Shown here piece after piece: positions 26,397-46,496 of a DNA stretch of 64,000 bases (the stretch's first letter is position 1; every line of letters starts with the position of its first letter). Source of the DNA: Utricularia gibba (lineage: Eukaryota > Plantae > Magnoliophyta). Made by a program: the position numbers and the translations under genes. Where the stretch lies: assembly GCA_002189035.1 (NCBI GenBank), contig NEEC01000011.1:1922001-1986000 (forward strand). The letters are read 5' to 3'. The notes under the pieces were generated by a model. It saw nothing but the letters and a program-made list of their open reading frames with translations, ran no database searches and was not told the DNA's origin.

Positions 26397-26667
26397 GGGT
26401 GTCTGTTTGATTGAATCAACAACTTCTACTTAATTTATAAATAAAAATTATTGTATAAGTAGATATAAAATAAATAAAAGTAGTATATTTTAAGTTAAGT
26501 AAACTACTTATGTAAAATATTTAAAATTAAAATAAATTACAAATAAATAGAAACAAAAGTAGAAGTTAAATTTTAGAATAAATTTACGTATACTGTAAAA
26601 CATTTACTTTTATTTTTATTTTAAGTCAAATTATAAAATAAGTACTAAGCACTAATAATACACACCC
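26397..26667. mobile_element. Possible old Tourist-like (PIF/Harbinger) MITE
   Basis: Ends GGGTGTCTGTTTG ... TAATACACACCC resemble a GGGTGTGTTTG-type TIR, and the interior is extremely AT-rich. TAA is present on the left only, so the TSD is not confirmed. Confidence 0.35.
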
Positions 26668-26694
26668 AACTTGAGTGATGTCTGGTTCAAATGT

Positions 26695-28315
26695 CTAGCC
26701 CATGGAAGCAGGGGGATCAAGCAGATTTCTGATCATGTCAAAGACATTCTTCTGCAATGCAGCTTCTGGGAGGCGTTCGATGACCTCAGCGGCGAAGGAG
26801 AAAAGGAGGGCCTTTCTAGCGGCGGCGGCGTCGATCCCTCGTGCTCGGAGGTAGAACATCTGGTTGTCATCCAAGTCGCTGATGGCAGCTCCATGGGTGC
26901 ACTTCACATCGTCTGCAATGATTTGGAGATTGGGTTTCACGTTGACTGTAGCGCGAGGCTCTAGAAGGAGGCTCCTTGATAGTTGTCTGGCGTCTGTCTG
27001 CTGAGCATCTCTGCAACACACAAAGACAGTCATGAGAAAAGAGAGGGAGGGAAGGAGTTGTAGACATTAGTAGCATAAACCTGTTGACTTGGAAGTTGCC
27101 GTCGAAAACAGCTTGCCCTGAAGAATGTGCAACGATGCACTTGTGCAGTTGGGATGAGAAGCCTCGGGGGTGGTTCAGCACAACCTTGCTGTGCAGGTCT
27201 TGTAACTGATCACTGTTTGCTAGATGGAATGCTGATAGCTCTGTTTTGGTATCAGGTCCATTTTGATGCACATGAACATTATGTCTGCTCAATTTTGCAC
27301 CAGTGCTAACTTCCCCGAGTTCATACGTGCTGTTGGATCCCTGAAGAACCAACAATATGTTCAATGTAGGAGTTAATCCATGCTTCAAACTGGTCTGCAG
27401 CTGCAGTACTATTTCATGCAAATGAGAATAATCTACCTGGAAAATGGAAGTCCACTTCACATGAGCAGCAGCCATGGATTGTGTTTGGATGTAAGAATGT
27501 CTAACTTTTGCACCATCTCCGAGGACAATTTGCATAACAGCATTAGTCCAGTAGCAGAGCATATTTTCCATGCCCCCTTCTGCACAGTACTCCTCAACAA
27601 TACCAATCTCCCCACCTTTCTCCACTATAACCAGTACTCTTGGATTGGAAAGAGGTAGAGTTTTAGAAGCCTTTGCAGTTCCCTTCATTGCCACATACCT
27701 AAGATACAAAGGGTTTTCAACTTTACATCCCTCAGGGACGTATACTACGATCACATCAGGAGCACCCACACCGTTGAGTGACCAAAACAGATCCCCATTG
27801 AAACTAGGAATATAACTGGACACCCTTTTCATTATATCCTCCAAATTCAATCTTGACAAAGCTCCAACAAAAACCCCATCTGGAAGTTCTGATAAACTTG
27901 ATAAAGAGTCTACGAGATAGCCATCAACTATTACAATACTGTGTAAGAGAGAATCCCCAGTAATCCCCAGAGAAGGTATGGATGAAATCAGCGATGAGGA
28001 TGTTATGGGTTGAACATCTGAATTCTTGATGAAAGAAGTATCTGTAAATCTAAAAAGCTCATCTTTTCTCGTAGGCCAATGCGTGGATAGAAGGGATTGC
28101 GAAGATACATCCCTTAGCTTCTGCAGAAGGGGAGGGGAGGAGGTGGAGGCAACGGATTCTTCCAAAGTCTCGGCAAGCTGTAAGACAAATGGGTCTGAGA
28201 GAACTGCAGATGTTAAGGGCTGAGCACGGATCCTTCTTCTGGTGGTCGGTGGTGAGCGGCTGTCATGTCTACACAGTTTTGGGAGAAAAGAGATTGAAGC
28301 AGTGATAGTGGCCAT
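26695..28315 (-). CDS. SUFD: Plastid Fe-S cluster assembly protein SufD (ABCI7/NAP6), 484 aa
   Basis: Exons 28315-27437, 27340-27081 and 27010-26695 total 1455 nt with consistent phases. Motifs: HWPTRKDELFRFTD, QLHKCIV, AVFDGNFQV, PNLQIIADDVKCTHGAAISDLDDNQMFYLRARGI. Confidence 0.96.
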
Positions 28316-28955
28316 TGGCTGCCAATTCCAAATCCTCCTGTGGATGCAATTCTACTTACCCCTGCATTATGAAATTATGTGCTATGGGTGAGCAATGACA
28401 AACAGATGAATCATACCATCAATTTAGAACAATCAAGAATACCAAAAGCTGGAAACTAAACGCAACAATCCAGAGACAAGCACAGCAGGACAGCTAAGGA
28501 AATCACCAATAGCGAAAATGATGCAAGATCACATTCAAGGACGTCAAGAACCACAAAGGAAGAATTGAAAAACAGAAACTAAGACCAAAGGTACTGGATT
28601 TCTTTTACTTATCACCTAACACCAACACTCCAACTCAAACCTCAGAAGTTCCCACTAAAAAATGAGAACCCACAAACCCCATCAGTAAGTTGTGACATTC
28701 AGATGCTAGAATGGCCTTCAAAACAGTCATCCAGAAATCATAACTTCCAGCAATAGTAACATAATTCCACAAAGAATTCCCACAATAATGAAGAATATGA
28801 TTGGTACTCCCAATACCTTAAAAAAACTCGCCCAAATGTAGTAGGGTCCTCCTCGACGACCTTGAGGTGGAAAATCAAGTTCGTCGGACTGTACAGGAAA
28901 GCATCAAGAAGACAATCGCGTGGCCATCGTTCGATCTCTTCGACTATTTTCTCTA

Positions 28956-28997
28956 TGGGCCGGGTACGTAAGCCCAACATGACATTTGGGCAGCCCA
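28956..28997. promoter_or_regulatory. Site II (TGGGCY) element cluster, probable SufD proximal promoter
   Basis: TGGGCC at 28956, AGCCCA at 28971 and AGCCCA at 28992, just upstream of a likely non-coding first exon ending at donor AAG|GTATTG near 28812. Confidence 0.55.
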
Positions 28998-29305
28998 TGC
29001 CTTTGCGTCTTATCCCAGACATCCTCTGGAATATATTTATTATTATTTTTTAGTTTAAACTGATTTGAATTTAATCTATTTTATAGTTTATTGTTCAAAT
29101 TAATTTAATTATGGTTTCCAAATTTTGATGCTAAAAAAGACAAGAAAATCTTAAAATTGGAATCTGAGAATCATTTTAAGAAAATTCACTTTCGTGGGTA
29201 GAATCGTTCTTACAAAATGATATGAGACAAAAAAAGGTGGGTGTTCACGCCATATATGCAAACCACAGCAAACGACACACGGAAGAATGGCCCAGAAGAC
29301 GGATC

Positions 29306-29593
29306 TCAACACGGCAAAGACGGCGCCGGAAGGTATTGGCGGTGGTGGCGAGCAGCGGAGGCGTGTTCTCTTTCCACCCGCCACCGCGCGTGGATGAAAT
29401 CGTCGACGGAGCAGGGGAGTCGGAGAGGGCCATCGGGGTTTCTGTACCCATAAACTTCACCGGCTTTTTCGAGTAGCTTCTGGAACAAGGGGTGGTAGAG
29501 ATGGGCGATGGGCATAGAGAACTTGCGAACTTCTTCATCCTCCAACCCCACGTGCACCCCCATCCACCCCTTCTTCATCTTCATCCTGTGCAT
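29306..29593 (-). CDS. SAUR: Small auxin-up RNA protein (SAUR32-like), 95 aa
   Basis: Intronless. MKKGWMGVHVGLEDEEVRKFSMPIAHLYHPLFQKLLEKAGEVYGY...GPLRLPCSVDDF. A TATA-like TTTATAAAA at ~29671-29680 lies downstream of the ORF-track ATG (29737), supporting the start at 29593. Confidence 0.92.
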   Translation of the reverse strand: MHRMKMKKGWMGVHVGLEDEEVRKFSMPIAHLYHPLFQKLLEKAGEVYGYRNPDGPLRLPCSVDDFIHARWRVEREHASAARHHRQYLPAPSLPC

Positions 29594-29621
29594 CCTGTGT
29601 GTGTGTGCTTTTCTGACTGAC

Positions 29622-29645
29622 GAAGAAGAAGAAGAAGAAGAAGAA
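29622..29645 (+). repeat. (GAA)8 microsatellite in the SAUR 5' UTR
   Basis: Read directly from the sequence. Confidence 0.95.
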
Positions 29646-31276
29646 TGGAGGTGCGCTGATGGCGAGTGGGGTTTTATAAAGGAGGAATATTTACGTGTAA
29701 AGTGGGGAGGTGATCGTTCCATGAACACCATCTCCATCTTTTCTTTTGCTTTGTTTTGGGTGTACGGAGTCCATCCATGAAAGTGAATCCAGGATGCAAA
29801 TAGATATACTTACTTTTGTCTACTTCTGCTCATACTCCTGAAGAAGAGAGACTGAATAGGCAGTTGCAGAAAAAAAAAGACTAGAAAACCAAAACAAACC
29901 AGACTTTATTTTTCACATTTTAAAACCAAAAAGATCAGACTTTTTGTTTTCACATATCATTTTGTGTCAGTGCATACCTTAAAGACAATCTATAAAAAAA
30001 AATGATCTATGGTGTAAAATGTTTGTCTCAATAATTAATAAATGAAATGAGAGTGATCATTTTTATAAATGAATCGAAAGAAATGACTCGGTAACGATTT
30101 TCATTTCAGTGACCATGTTTCCAAAATTGAACGTCTTGAGAATGTGTTTGATTCATGAGATTATGATTGGAAAATTTTAATGCGATTATTTAAATAAAAA
30201 AGAAGAAAATTACGTAAAATGAAACTCCCATTATGTTTTCAAATATACAATTTAATCCCCATGTTCAAAACCAAACAAAATCGATTTTTGTAATTTCAAT
30301 ATTTGATAAAATTGATCTTCATTATCAAATCCAAATTCCACATCTTCCCCATGGACTAATGTTGGCTGCCCACCCCTCACGCTCATCCACTATTCATGAG
30401 GTGAAATTTTTTTTGCGGTCAAAAGTGACAAATGTAAAACTAAAGGTAATATTTTGACAAACAAAAAGAACTTTTCATGCAAAAATACTCATAAAGAACC
30501 ACTCTTTTATGCATATAAAAAAATCCCTCTTAATCCCAAATTTATTTAAGATACCAGTTTATCTGTATTCCAAACCCTCCCAATTTCACCAACCAAAATG
30601 CTCCTCCACAGTCACAAGTTTACAACTACAGCCATCTACCTCTGAATATACAGAAGTGGATTTCCTTGAAAAAGAATCCAAGTTCACTTTAGACGTATTG
30701 GAGGACAAGGATAGACTTATCTGTAAGGAGGCATCAGCACACAATCATTGTCCATCATGCGATAATCTCCTCCTTGAAATGCGTGGGGATCAGGATAGAC
30801 AATGACTGAAAGAACGGAAAAAGGGGGGAGGGAATAAAAGGCAATAATGGGAGGGGGCGGTCCAGGCACAGCAAGTGCTTGCTTTTCTTTCCACGCGGCG
30901 GCACCGCCTCCCTCTTTGTGTTGCTGGGATCGGAGTGGAGGCCAACACATGGCAAATTGGCAACCACCCCGCCAGACCAGAGAGAGATAAATAAAGAATC
31001 GAAGGTGTTGAAACCATGTAGAGAATCAGGAACATGATTGTCACCCTATTTCTATTAAACTAGTAGCATCAAAAGCCACCCTAGCCATAAAGCATGTCTA
31101 AAACCGGATCTGTGCATAAATCCAACGTAATGGTAACTCAAAAATTCTGATTACCAAAGGGCGGGCAATGGTAATCGTGAGCATTGCACCGGTTCCCTGT
31201 GATGAAGAATAAGGAACATGATCATCGTCCCATTTCAGGAGAGAAGGGAGCGCAATAAAACTGTGTACCTCCGAAT

Positions 31277-34200
31277 TTAGGGAGCCGAGTGTGTATCCTG
31301 GTGGGCGAACTTCCCGTATCTTTTGGATAACTCATCATCACGTAACAAGTTCCACACCTGCAAAAGATCCATGATGGATGACTTGATGCTTTTAAAATAA
31401 CGTCTTGCAAAAGGATGCTCGTCTGCAGTTACGATTGCTGGGGATGCGGACTATCATTTACTCACCTGCAGCTTGCCTTTGGATCCTCCAATTGCCAATG
31501 TGAAAGGACTATCTTCCGAGAAGGAAATGGAAAACACCGCCCCCTGACAACATTCAATTTGCGAAATCAGGAATGACATAGAAAAAGCACCTAATTTTTC
31601 TGTGTCAGGGAATAAACATAGAGCTTGACATACAGCTTTAGGATTTTTGGAAGCAACACACGATGGCTCGCTTGTTATATCCCATAGCTTAACCTGTAGA
31701 AGGAGAAGCGAGCTTATCAGACAATATTTTTTCAATAGAAAAATAAAAAAAAGAGGCTTGATATTCAAATTGAGATAATGGAAAGGGTGGGAACCGTCTT
31801 ATCCATAGAACCAGTGGCTAGAAGCTGCAAAGATAAACAGACCCATCATTAGACATACGGAATGCAACACCTTAATATGTAGTAGCATGCAACAAGAAGT
31901 ATGTCTACATTTGGGGCAGATGTATTATAGGCAACGGCGGAAACAGCCTTATCATGTGCATGAAGAGTGAAAACCGGTCTACACTCTGACGACAAACTAG
32001 AACTAGCAGCACGGATATCAAACCCAACAACTGTTCCATTTTCAAGGCTGGCCTGAAACACAACAGAGCTGCTATTATTTGATGAATCTGTGAACTGCAG
32101 ATTAACATTCGTATTCTTGCTGTGCCACTGTATTAGATTGAATACTGAGAGCAGGGGATAACAAACCACAAAAGAGTGCTCTCTATGGGGATCCCAAGCC
32201 AAGCTTTCCACATCTGCTTCCACTGGCCACTTAAACCCAGTGTGTGATGGAGACTTGCCATCTCTCTGCAGAGGAAGAGGGTTTCTTCAATATAAAAGCA
32301 TTGAATAAACAGAAAAAAAAAACAGAATTGCATATTGAAACAGTGGTTAATGTCTGCATATCAATGGGATCACTAATCTCAGTACCATAGCAACAGTGCG
32401 ATCAAAGGATCCACTCAGCAGAACCTCAGGCGCAAATTGATTCCAAGTGACAGCTTGCACCTAACGACAACATCACATTAGCTTTCAGTGCTATCAAATG
32501 CTTCAACTGGTTAAGGATTCAGATGGAATGAAATTTTTCTGCGTGACAAAGCAGCACATAAGCATATGATAAGATAAACCATCAACAAACCTTGTCTGTA
32601 TGATGATCCAAGGTCATCTTACAGTCTTGAGTTGCCACATCCCATACCTTCACCAGCTTGTCTGCACTTGCACTAGCAAGTATGTTCCTATATAACATAT
32701 AAAAATGAACATTGAATCTAAGCAAAAAAATCCAGTGGCAGCTGGATTGCGTACAAGAAACTCAATCATACCTGTATTCTTTATTCCAAGCTAGTCCAAG
32801 AACTGCATCTCTGTGACTGCCATCTTTGTACTTGATCAATTTCTATTTCATTGAGAAAATTGACAAGTTGTTTAGATTTCCACTCAGCCACTGGCCAATT
32901 ATTAGTAAAACTTACAAAATTGGAGACGATGCTACAGAAGCTAACCTTTTTTTCTTTCTTCTTCCTCTTATGAATTCCACCAAGTGTAGCTGACGGTTTG
33001 ACTTCATCAATCTAGAATAATATTAAGAATGAAGAAATGACTACCACAGAAAAATGGATCATGCTCATCATGTAATAAGAGAATAGCATACCTTGTCAAG
33101 GTCCCATATTTCTATAACTGGCTCCATGGAGCCAATTGCGACGAAGTTACCTGTTGGCAAGAAAACATAACTTGAAAGTAAATTACTGATATTCACATGC
33201 TGATTAACAAAAACCCATATAAAAATTTGTCAATGAGTAAAAAAATAGAATAATAACGTAACAAGAGATCATTTATGACACTGACGGCACACAAAGTAAA
33301 TCATGTGAAAATGCCGATCTGGAGATCATGAGACTCGATCTGGCAGAACGAAATTGGTTCCTACATTCATAATAAAGCAAATGATGCTGATTACCTCTTT
33401 CGCCATCCTTGAGGGGGCAATCAAGCCAAGCCATGCACAGGGGAAATGCAGGGATAATAATGTCATGGTGCACATAAATATTTGATTCACCCTCAGTGGC
33501 ATCTTCCATTATCCAAACCTTATTTTCGAATTGCAGTTTGAAATGCAGTTTATCATTTATTTACAAAAAAAAAAGAAAATTTTAGATGATTCGAACAACA
33601 TACCTCAAGGTGGCTGACATCATCCTCATTTTGTGCACAGAGAATAACTGAGTCCTCTGATTTAATGACATCATCCTCTTCCTCTTCAGAGTCATCATCC
33701 TGCAAGAATTAAAATGAAGCATTTTTGCATGGTCAAGTTGCTCTAATAAAATCCAACACAAAAAAATATAAAACTTTGGGCAGACTCACGTTCTGACCCT
33801 TCAAATACGGGTCCATATCATTGCTTGGATAATATAAGTTTGAAAGCCCGGAGCCGAAAATCTCCACCCCTGATTTTGGTGAGAAGAATAAACTAAATAA
33901 CATAATGGTATCTGTGCCTTTTAAGGATACCATTACATTGAAAAACTGAAAATAATTTCAAAATATGGTTAACCAACAAAAACTACCATCATCGTCGTCA
34001 TCATAACACTCCAGCTGTAGCTCTTCCAGTGCATCAGTTACAATGTCCGTCTCATGTTTGAAGCCTTTAGATGCTTTTCCAAGAGCATCCGCCGCAGACA
34101 ATGCACGCTCAACTTCATTATCATGCTGGATCACATCAGAATTACTCATATTTTCATCATTATCCTCATTTTCACTCTCGTTACTGCATAAAAATGAGAA

Positions 34201-34419
34201 ACTCAATTTGTTAACTTGAAACAAACAAAAAGGTTCATGTTTTTCATGAGATATCTGATAAGCGGTTTTCGTTTTAAAAGAGTTCATCAATAATTCTCAC
34301 TGTGTTTGCAGAAGACCATGCTTAATGAGCTCCTCAATTTCTTCAATTGAAGGAGGATCTGCTGTAGATGGTTTAGACTTGAAAACCCCCTTGCGAACCC
34401 AAGAAATTGCAGATATCAT
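31277..34419 (-). CDS. PWP1: Periodic tryptophan protein 1 homologue (WD40; rRNA biogenesis)
   Basis: Sixteen GT-AG exons. N-terminus MISAISWVRKG, acidic region, HDIIIPAFPLCMAWLD, GNFVAIGSMEPVIEIWDLD, SHRDAVLGLAWN, LASASADKLVKVWD, LLATGSMDKTVKLWD. Stop TAA at 31279-31277. Confidence 0.93.
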
Positions 34420-36266
34420 TTTTGAAATTTTATGAATCTGGGAAAATCAAAAGTTGGCAAAGGTTATGACATTCCAAAACAACTAGGCGTTTCTAGAAAA
34501 AAAAAAATTCATGGACGGCAAGAATACAATCATGAACTTAGCTGAGAAATTTAAAAACTCATTACCTGTTTAGAGACTCTAAAACGAGTGAGAAAGAAAA
34601 AAAAAGATAACTATTTTGTTAGTTGGACCATCATCCAATTAATAACACCGAACAGGTAAGCATAAGAGATGTTACTCAAAACGCGGAGAGTGACTTGATA
34701 ATGGGGAAGCTTATAAATCCAAAACATACAAAATAACTGTCCGAGAAAAGATGTACACATACAGCTCTGAAATTGTGTTTCTATACTAGTTGTGCCCACA
34801 GTCGCAAAAAAGTAACCCTCTTCAACTTAGAACCATCACCATTCTCATTCATCCTACTTCACTTTCTAGAAAATAAATGCAAGAAAAGTGAATTGCAGTA
34901 CTGAATAATGAAATCAACCGGCATCTACACTACCTATAACGTTTCATTTTCAAAAAAAAAAAACTTCGGTGATACTACAAATTGACCCATCATATAAGAA
35001 GATTTCCCTGACACAGGGAGAGAAGCATTACAGGCATTCCAGTATCTGATGAATTAATTCAATCGCACAACCACTCCATGACACACGATCGGTACCTGCG
35101 CAACGCGGCGTCGAAAAGACAAGTGGAAGGGACCTGCTGAACACGGCGGAGACGAGACAGGTGCAACGGAAGTGGAGATCAAACACCCTAACAACGGGCA
35201 AGCGAAGGTGACTGACGCTCCCGGGCTAGGTTTTTTAATTGGGTGGGTAATGATCAATGAATTTTATATCAAATTGGGCCTCCAAATCGATAATATATTT
35301 TATTTAAATATTCGTTGGGGCATTAAAAATGTAAATATTCATTTTCTAAAAAAATGTTTTCGATATTGTTATCAAATTAATGATTTTTATATCTCAACTT
35401 CTTGTTTCTTAATAAATATTTTCAAAAGAATTAAAGTCAAATAATATTTTTATTATAAATATATCTTAATTTCAAAATATTACTATTATCAATTTATTTA
35501 TATCATTGTAATTTTGAAAAGGCAAGGTGCTCACTATTCTATCAAAATCCGACATTGTACATCATTTTATCTTATTTGCGTATTATGGAAACCGAAAATA
35601 AATAATTCGATATATCACATGAGCTTTCTGTATTTTTGTATGGTTTTTTTGAAAATTATAAGAATACGATTATGAGATTGTGTCCTATAATAATATTTTA
35701 AAAAATAGATAAAATTATTTAGAAAGATGTGAAATTCAAGTCTAAACTAATCGCAACACGTTCATTTGAACATAATTTTCCTTATGAAGAAGCATAACTT
35801 TCAAAAATCCCAACTAAATAAAATAATTCATTATATTGTAATACTTCGTATGAAAGTAGAAATTAATGATAATATTTCAAATTTTCACGCTCCAAAAAGT
35901 GAATTTAATTATATCGAGGGAAAATTTTAAAAAATAAAAAATGAGAAATGAGAAATATTCGTTTTGAAAATAAAAAATAAAAAAATGGTTTGGCGTCAGT
36001 CATCTGTTCCTCTACAGCTACGAAACTCGACGGCGGAGACTTTGAAATAAAGTATATTTCCCACCAGGCCTCGGGCACGTTAGCCTCGGCACCGCCTCCT
36101 TCCACCAAACGCCCCGACAACTGAAATCGGAGGCGCCAGATCGATATTCTTTGGTTTCCTACTTAAAATCTGCAGTCCGGGGCGTGGATTAGGGGTTGCT
36201 TAATTCTCGATCTCAGGGTTTTGGATTGATCAGCCGTCGTTTGAGTGATGAGGGCATGAATTGACC

Positions 36267-43389
<7,123 letters not shown>

Positions 43390-44957
43390 TGCATCTCCTA
43401 ATGCATCTACCTATCTCTCTGCCTCAAGGGCAGCAATCACCATGCGTGATCGCTGGTGTCACTGAAAAAATAGATGACAGTTCTCAAAACACTTGTACAG
43501 ATTGATTGATTCAAGAGATGGTTCATGCCGAGAGCAACAGATTGTGACTGCCACAGAAGGGATAGAGAAAAATTGACGTTCCTCTATGCCATCTCAAAGG
43601 TTTTCCATCTGAATGCAGATTATGTTCTAATCTCTGCCTCGGTGATGTTCATGTCACAGCATCTTTTTAGATGCTTGTTTGTGCTATAGAGAGATGCGCA
43701 AGATGCATCAATGTTGTGTCATGCAGCCACAGGCTTCTAGTTGCACTATTCATAACATGTTTGTTCAAGCACAAATGACTTGACATTTTCCCGTGCAATT
43801 ACACTATAGTCTGGCTTTTCAGTGGAAGCAAGCATGTTTGTTTCTTTTCTAGCTTAAGCATAGAATAGGGAGTAAGCACAAGGAGATGTTATGCCCCTTA
43901 AAATAATGGTTCTTACAACTAGTGAACAGAATTCTCTAGGACGAACCCGTGGATGTATGATGGAGAGCAAACCCCTCAGATGGTGTCCGGATATACTACT
44001 CAGGTCAGCACTCAGCACTAGATTCTGGTATGTGATGGTGGTGCAAAACTCTCATTGTAGCCTTCTCAGTTCCTCGGTGATGGGGTGTGGAAGTTCTCAT
44101 GACCTAAGAAACCGTTCTGACAGACCATAGAAATTAGATTAATTTATGAATCTGATCGTATTTAATATTAATTTTTTGTTGTAGTGTAAAAAAAAGTGAG
44201 GATGATTGAATTTGTATACTAAAAGATGAGAGGATATTCTATTAAGCATATCATCTCTTATATGAATGAAGAGATTGGGGTATTTAGAAAAATGACTACC
44301 TCATGAGAAAACGTTTGTATCCCATGGTCTCTCCATGTTTCATTATGACTCTCATGCAGAATATGCTTTCCAGAGAGGAAAACATGTGCTCATATGGGAT
44401 GGCGTGCGGCTGCAGCAGGCTGTTGTGTTGTATGTTGGCTGCGGTGGACACTTAAATGGTCCTTCGAATCTCTTTTGGAGATGTCATAATGCACATCCAG
44501 GTAGTGCTTTGCAGCTGACAGCAATTAGTGGAGCTGATGGACTATTTCAACTTAGTATTGTGGTGCTTCGATGGTATGCCATGATGAATGTTCATTTGCT
44601 CCTTGCTTCAAACTTCCAAGATGAATGTTCATTTTGCGAAAATCCCAAATGAGTTTGGGACCAAGGTAAGCAATCCAGGGAAGAAAAAGCACCAGGTGAA
44701 CCCCCAAATGTGGTGAAAATCAGGCACTTCTAACTGTTCTTGCATTTCGTGTAATATATGGACTTGAAGAGTTAAGCTATGCTGTCGGTGCACCATCTTA
44801 AGAGCTCTACTGTAGGACATCTCGGTGGCCTGGCACAGCCCACAAGCATCCATCTTCTGAACAGTTAGTGGAAACACAATAATGGAGATGATAATTCTGC
44901 ATAAAAAGGCATCTGGTGGTAAATGAACTCAACTCTAAAGCAGGGAGCGAGGAATCC

Positions 44958-45497
44958 ATGGCTGCTGCTGCTGTTGCAACTCCTTTGTCATACAAGCTGA
45001 TCGCCGTTGTGGCTTTCAAGGCGGCCGGAGACGTATTCCACGAGCTGGTTGCGAAGACTCCGCATCACCTCTCCCATATAACCCCTTCAAAAGTTCAAGA
45101 CTGTATTACATGAAGGGAGCTATGGAGCCACAGACGCCATCATAGAGTGGAAGTACATTCTTGGTTGGTTGCTTCACTCCATTCATGACGCTTTTCTTTC
45201 TTCTTTTCAGCTGTTTGTGAAAGATGAACAGATGGGAGAGAGCAAAGTGCAAAGCAAGTCATCATCGTGGATGATGAGAAGAGGCATATGGAGCTCAAAA
45301 TGCTGGATGGAGATCTGACTGAAGTTTACAAGGACATGACCATTACTATAGACGTGGAGACGAAAAACGAGATAGATTTCATCTCTTGGACAGTGGAATA
45401 TGAGCTACTGAGGCCTGAGAATCCACACCCTTTTTCCCTTATAAACTTCTTTATTGAGTTCTCAGCAGAAGTGGAAGCTCATCTTCTCCAGGGCTAG
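44958..45497 (+). pseudogene. Major latex protein-like (MLP/Bet v 1) gene with one frameshift (pseudogene or assembly error)
   Basis: Exon 1 (44958-45163) and exon 2 (45232-45497). KAAGDVFHELVAKTPHHLSHITPSKVQDC meets TGA at 45111. The shifted frame continues LHEGSYGATDAIIEWKYIL|DGREQSAKQVIIVDDEKR..KMLDGDLTEVYK..WTVEYE..ENPHP. Confidence 0.88.
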
Positions 45498-45844
45498 TTT
45501 GATACTGCTGTTATCCACTGCTTGCATCTCCAGTTTGGTTTGCTGTTATTCACTGTGTCACCTCAAATTTACCTTCCTGCTGATCGGTTGAGGTCATTAC
45601 ATAGTGATTTCCACAGCTTTTTTTTGCAAATGAAACAACAATCCAAAACACACAACAAAAGAACAAAAGCAGAGCTAACGTTTGGCAGGTGAAGTCAGAT
45701 CCGAGTAAGATCCAGCTTCATGTTTCTCATGTGTATAATATCTCTAGCATCTTTTCCGGATCAAGAAAGAGAGATCTAACCACAGAGAAAGTAGCTTCAT
45801 GTTCCTCACAGCATAAATTATTGCGCTCTTTGCATAGTTTATGC

Positions 45845-45932
45845 AACTGAAACCACAGGTGAAGGTTGATGAACTGAAACCACAGAGACCTAACCACAAG
45901 TGAAGGTTGGTGACGATGAACTGAAACCACAG
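45845..45932 (+). repeat. Imperfect short tandem repeat
   Basis: AACTGAAACCACAG at 45845, 45872 and 45919; AACCACAnGTGAAGGTTG at 45851 and 45892. Confidence 0.8.
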
Positions 45933-46106
45933 CAAGAATGCAGAGCAAGGCCGCTGGTTTACTATCACAGGCCGAAGGAGAAAGAAGAAAATGAAAAGGA
46001 GACTTTGGACTTGTCATTTTGGTCCCCAGCTCAGCGAAGTGGGCGATAAGAGAAGAACACTCAACATCTGAATCAAGTCATTACTCAATTCTATGGCAGG
46101 CCAAGC

Positions 46107-46496
46107 TAGAGGTGGGCACGGGTTCGACTCGGCTGGTCACGGGTCGAACCTGCCGAGTAAAAAATGAAATGGCTGACTTGGGGGTTTGGATGGGGTGATC
46201 CGTCCCGGGTCATGGGTTGACACGTGTCATTTTTTTTTTAAATTTAATAATATTCGATATATTTATTGATAATTAGGTTATGAACTATTTATGTATTTAT
46301 ATTTTTGTGAGTTAGTCCAATACTTTTTAATACACTACACGTTAGGCCCATTTATTCTGACCCGTCGGATCGACTCGTACCCGTGTACAACCGACCCGTC
46401 CCGTACCCGTTTTCGACGGTTACAGGTTACGGGTTGGACTCGCCACGGGTTGACCCGCCGGATACACCGGTCAACCAGTAACCGTGCCCAGCTCTA
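46107..46496. mobile_element. Non-autonomous hAT-type MITE, 390 bp
   Basis: TIRs TAGAGGTGGGCACGG and CCGTGCCCAGCTCTA match at 14/15. Perfect 8-bp TSD GGCCAAGC at 46099-46106 and 46497-46504. Eight ACGGGT/ACCCGT subterminal motifs; AT-rich centre. Confidence 0.93.

Noticed and set aside
10271-28315. Functional cluster of plastid genes (PRFB1, PGLP1, SUFD)
   Set aside because: Unrelated pathways separated by unrelated genes; plastid-targeted genes are common enough for chance co-location.
28738-29022. 94-aa - strand ORF upstream of SufD
   Set aside because: It overlaps Site II promoter motifs and a probable non-coding first exon and intron; no domain recognised.
29594-29737. N-terminal extension of the SAUR ORF
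   Set aside because: It spans the TATA box and the (GAA)8 and (TG)n leader repeats, so it is promoter/UTR.
43877-43900. Partial resemblance to miR399 (CAAGGAGATG..TGCCC); also a 12-nt miR396-like match near 45609
   Set aside because: Gapped or short matches with no hairpin partner.
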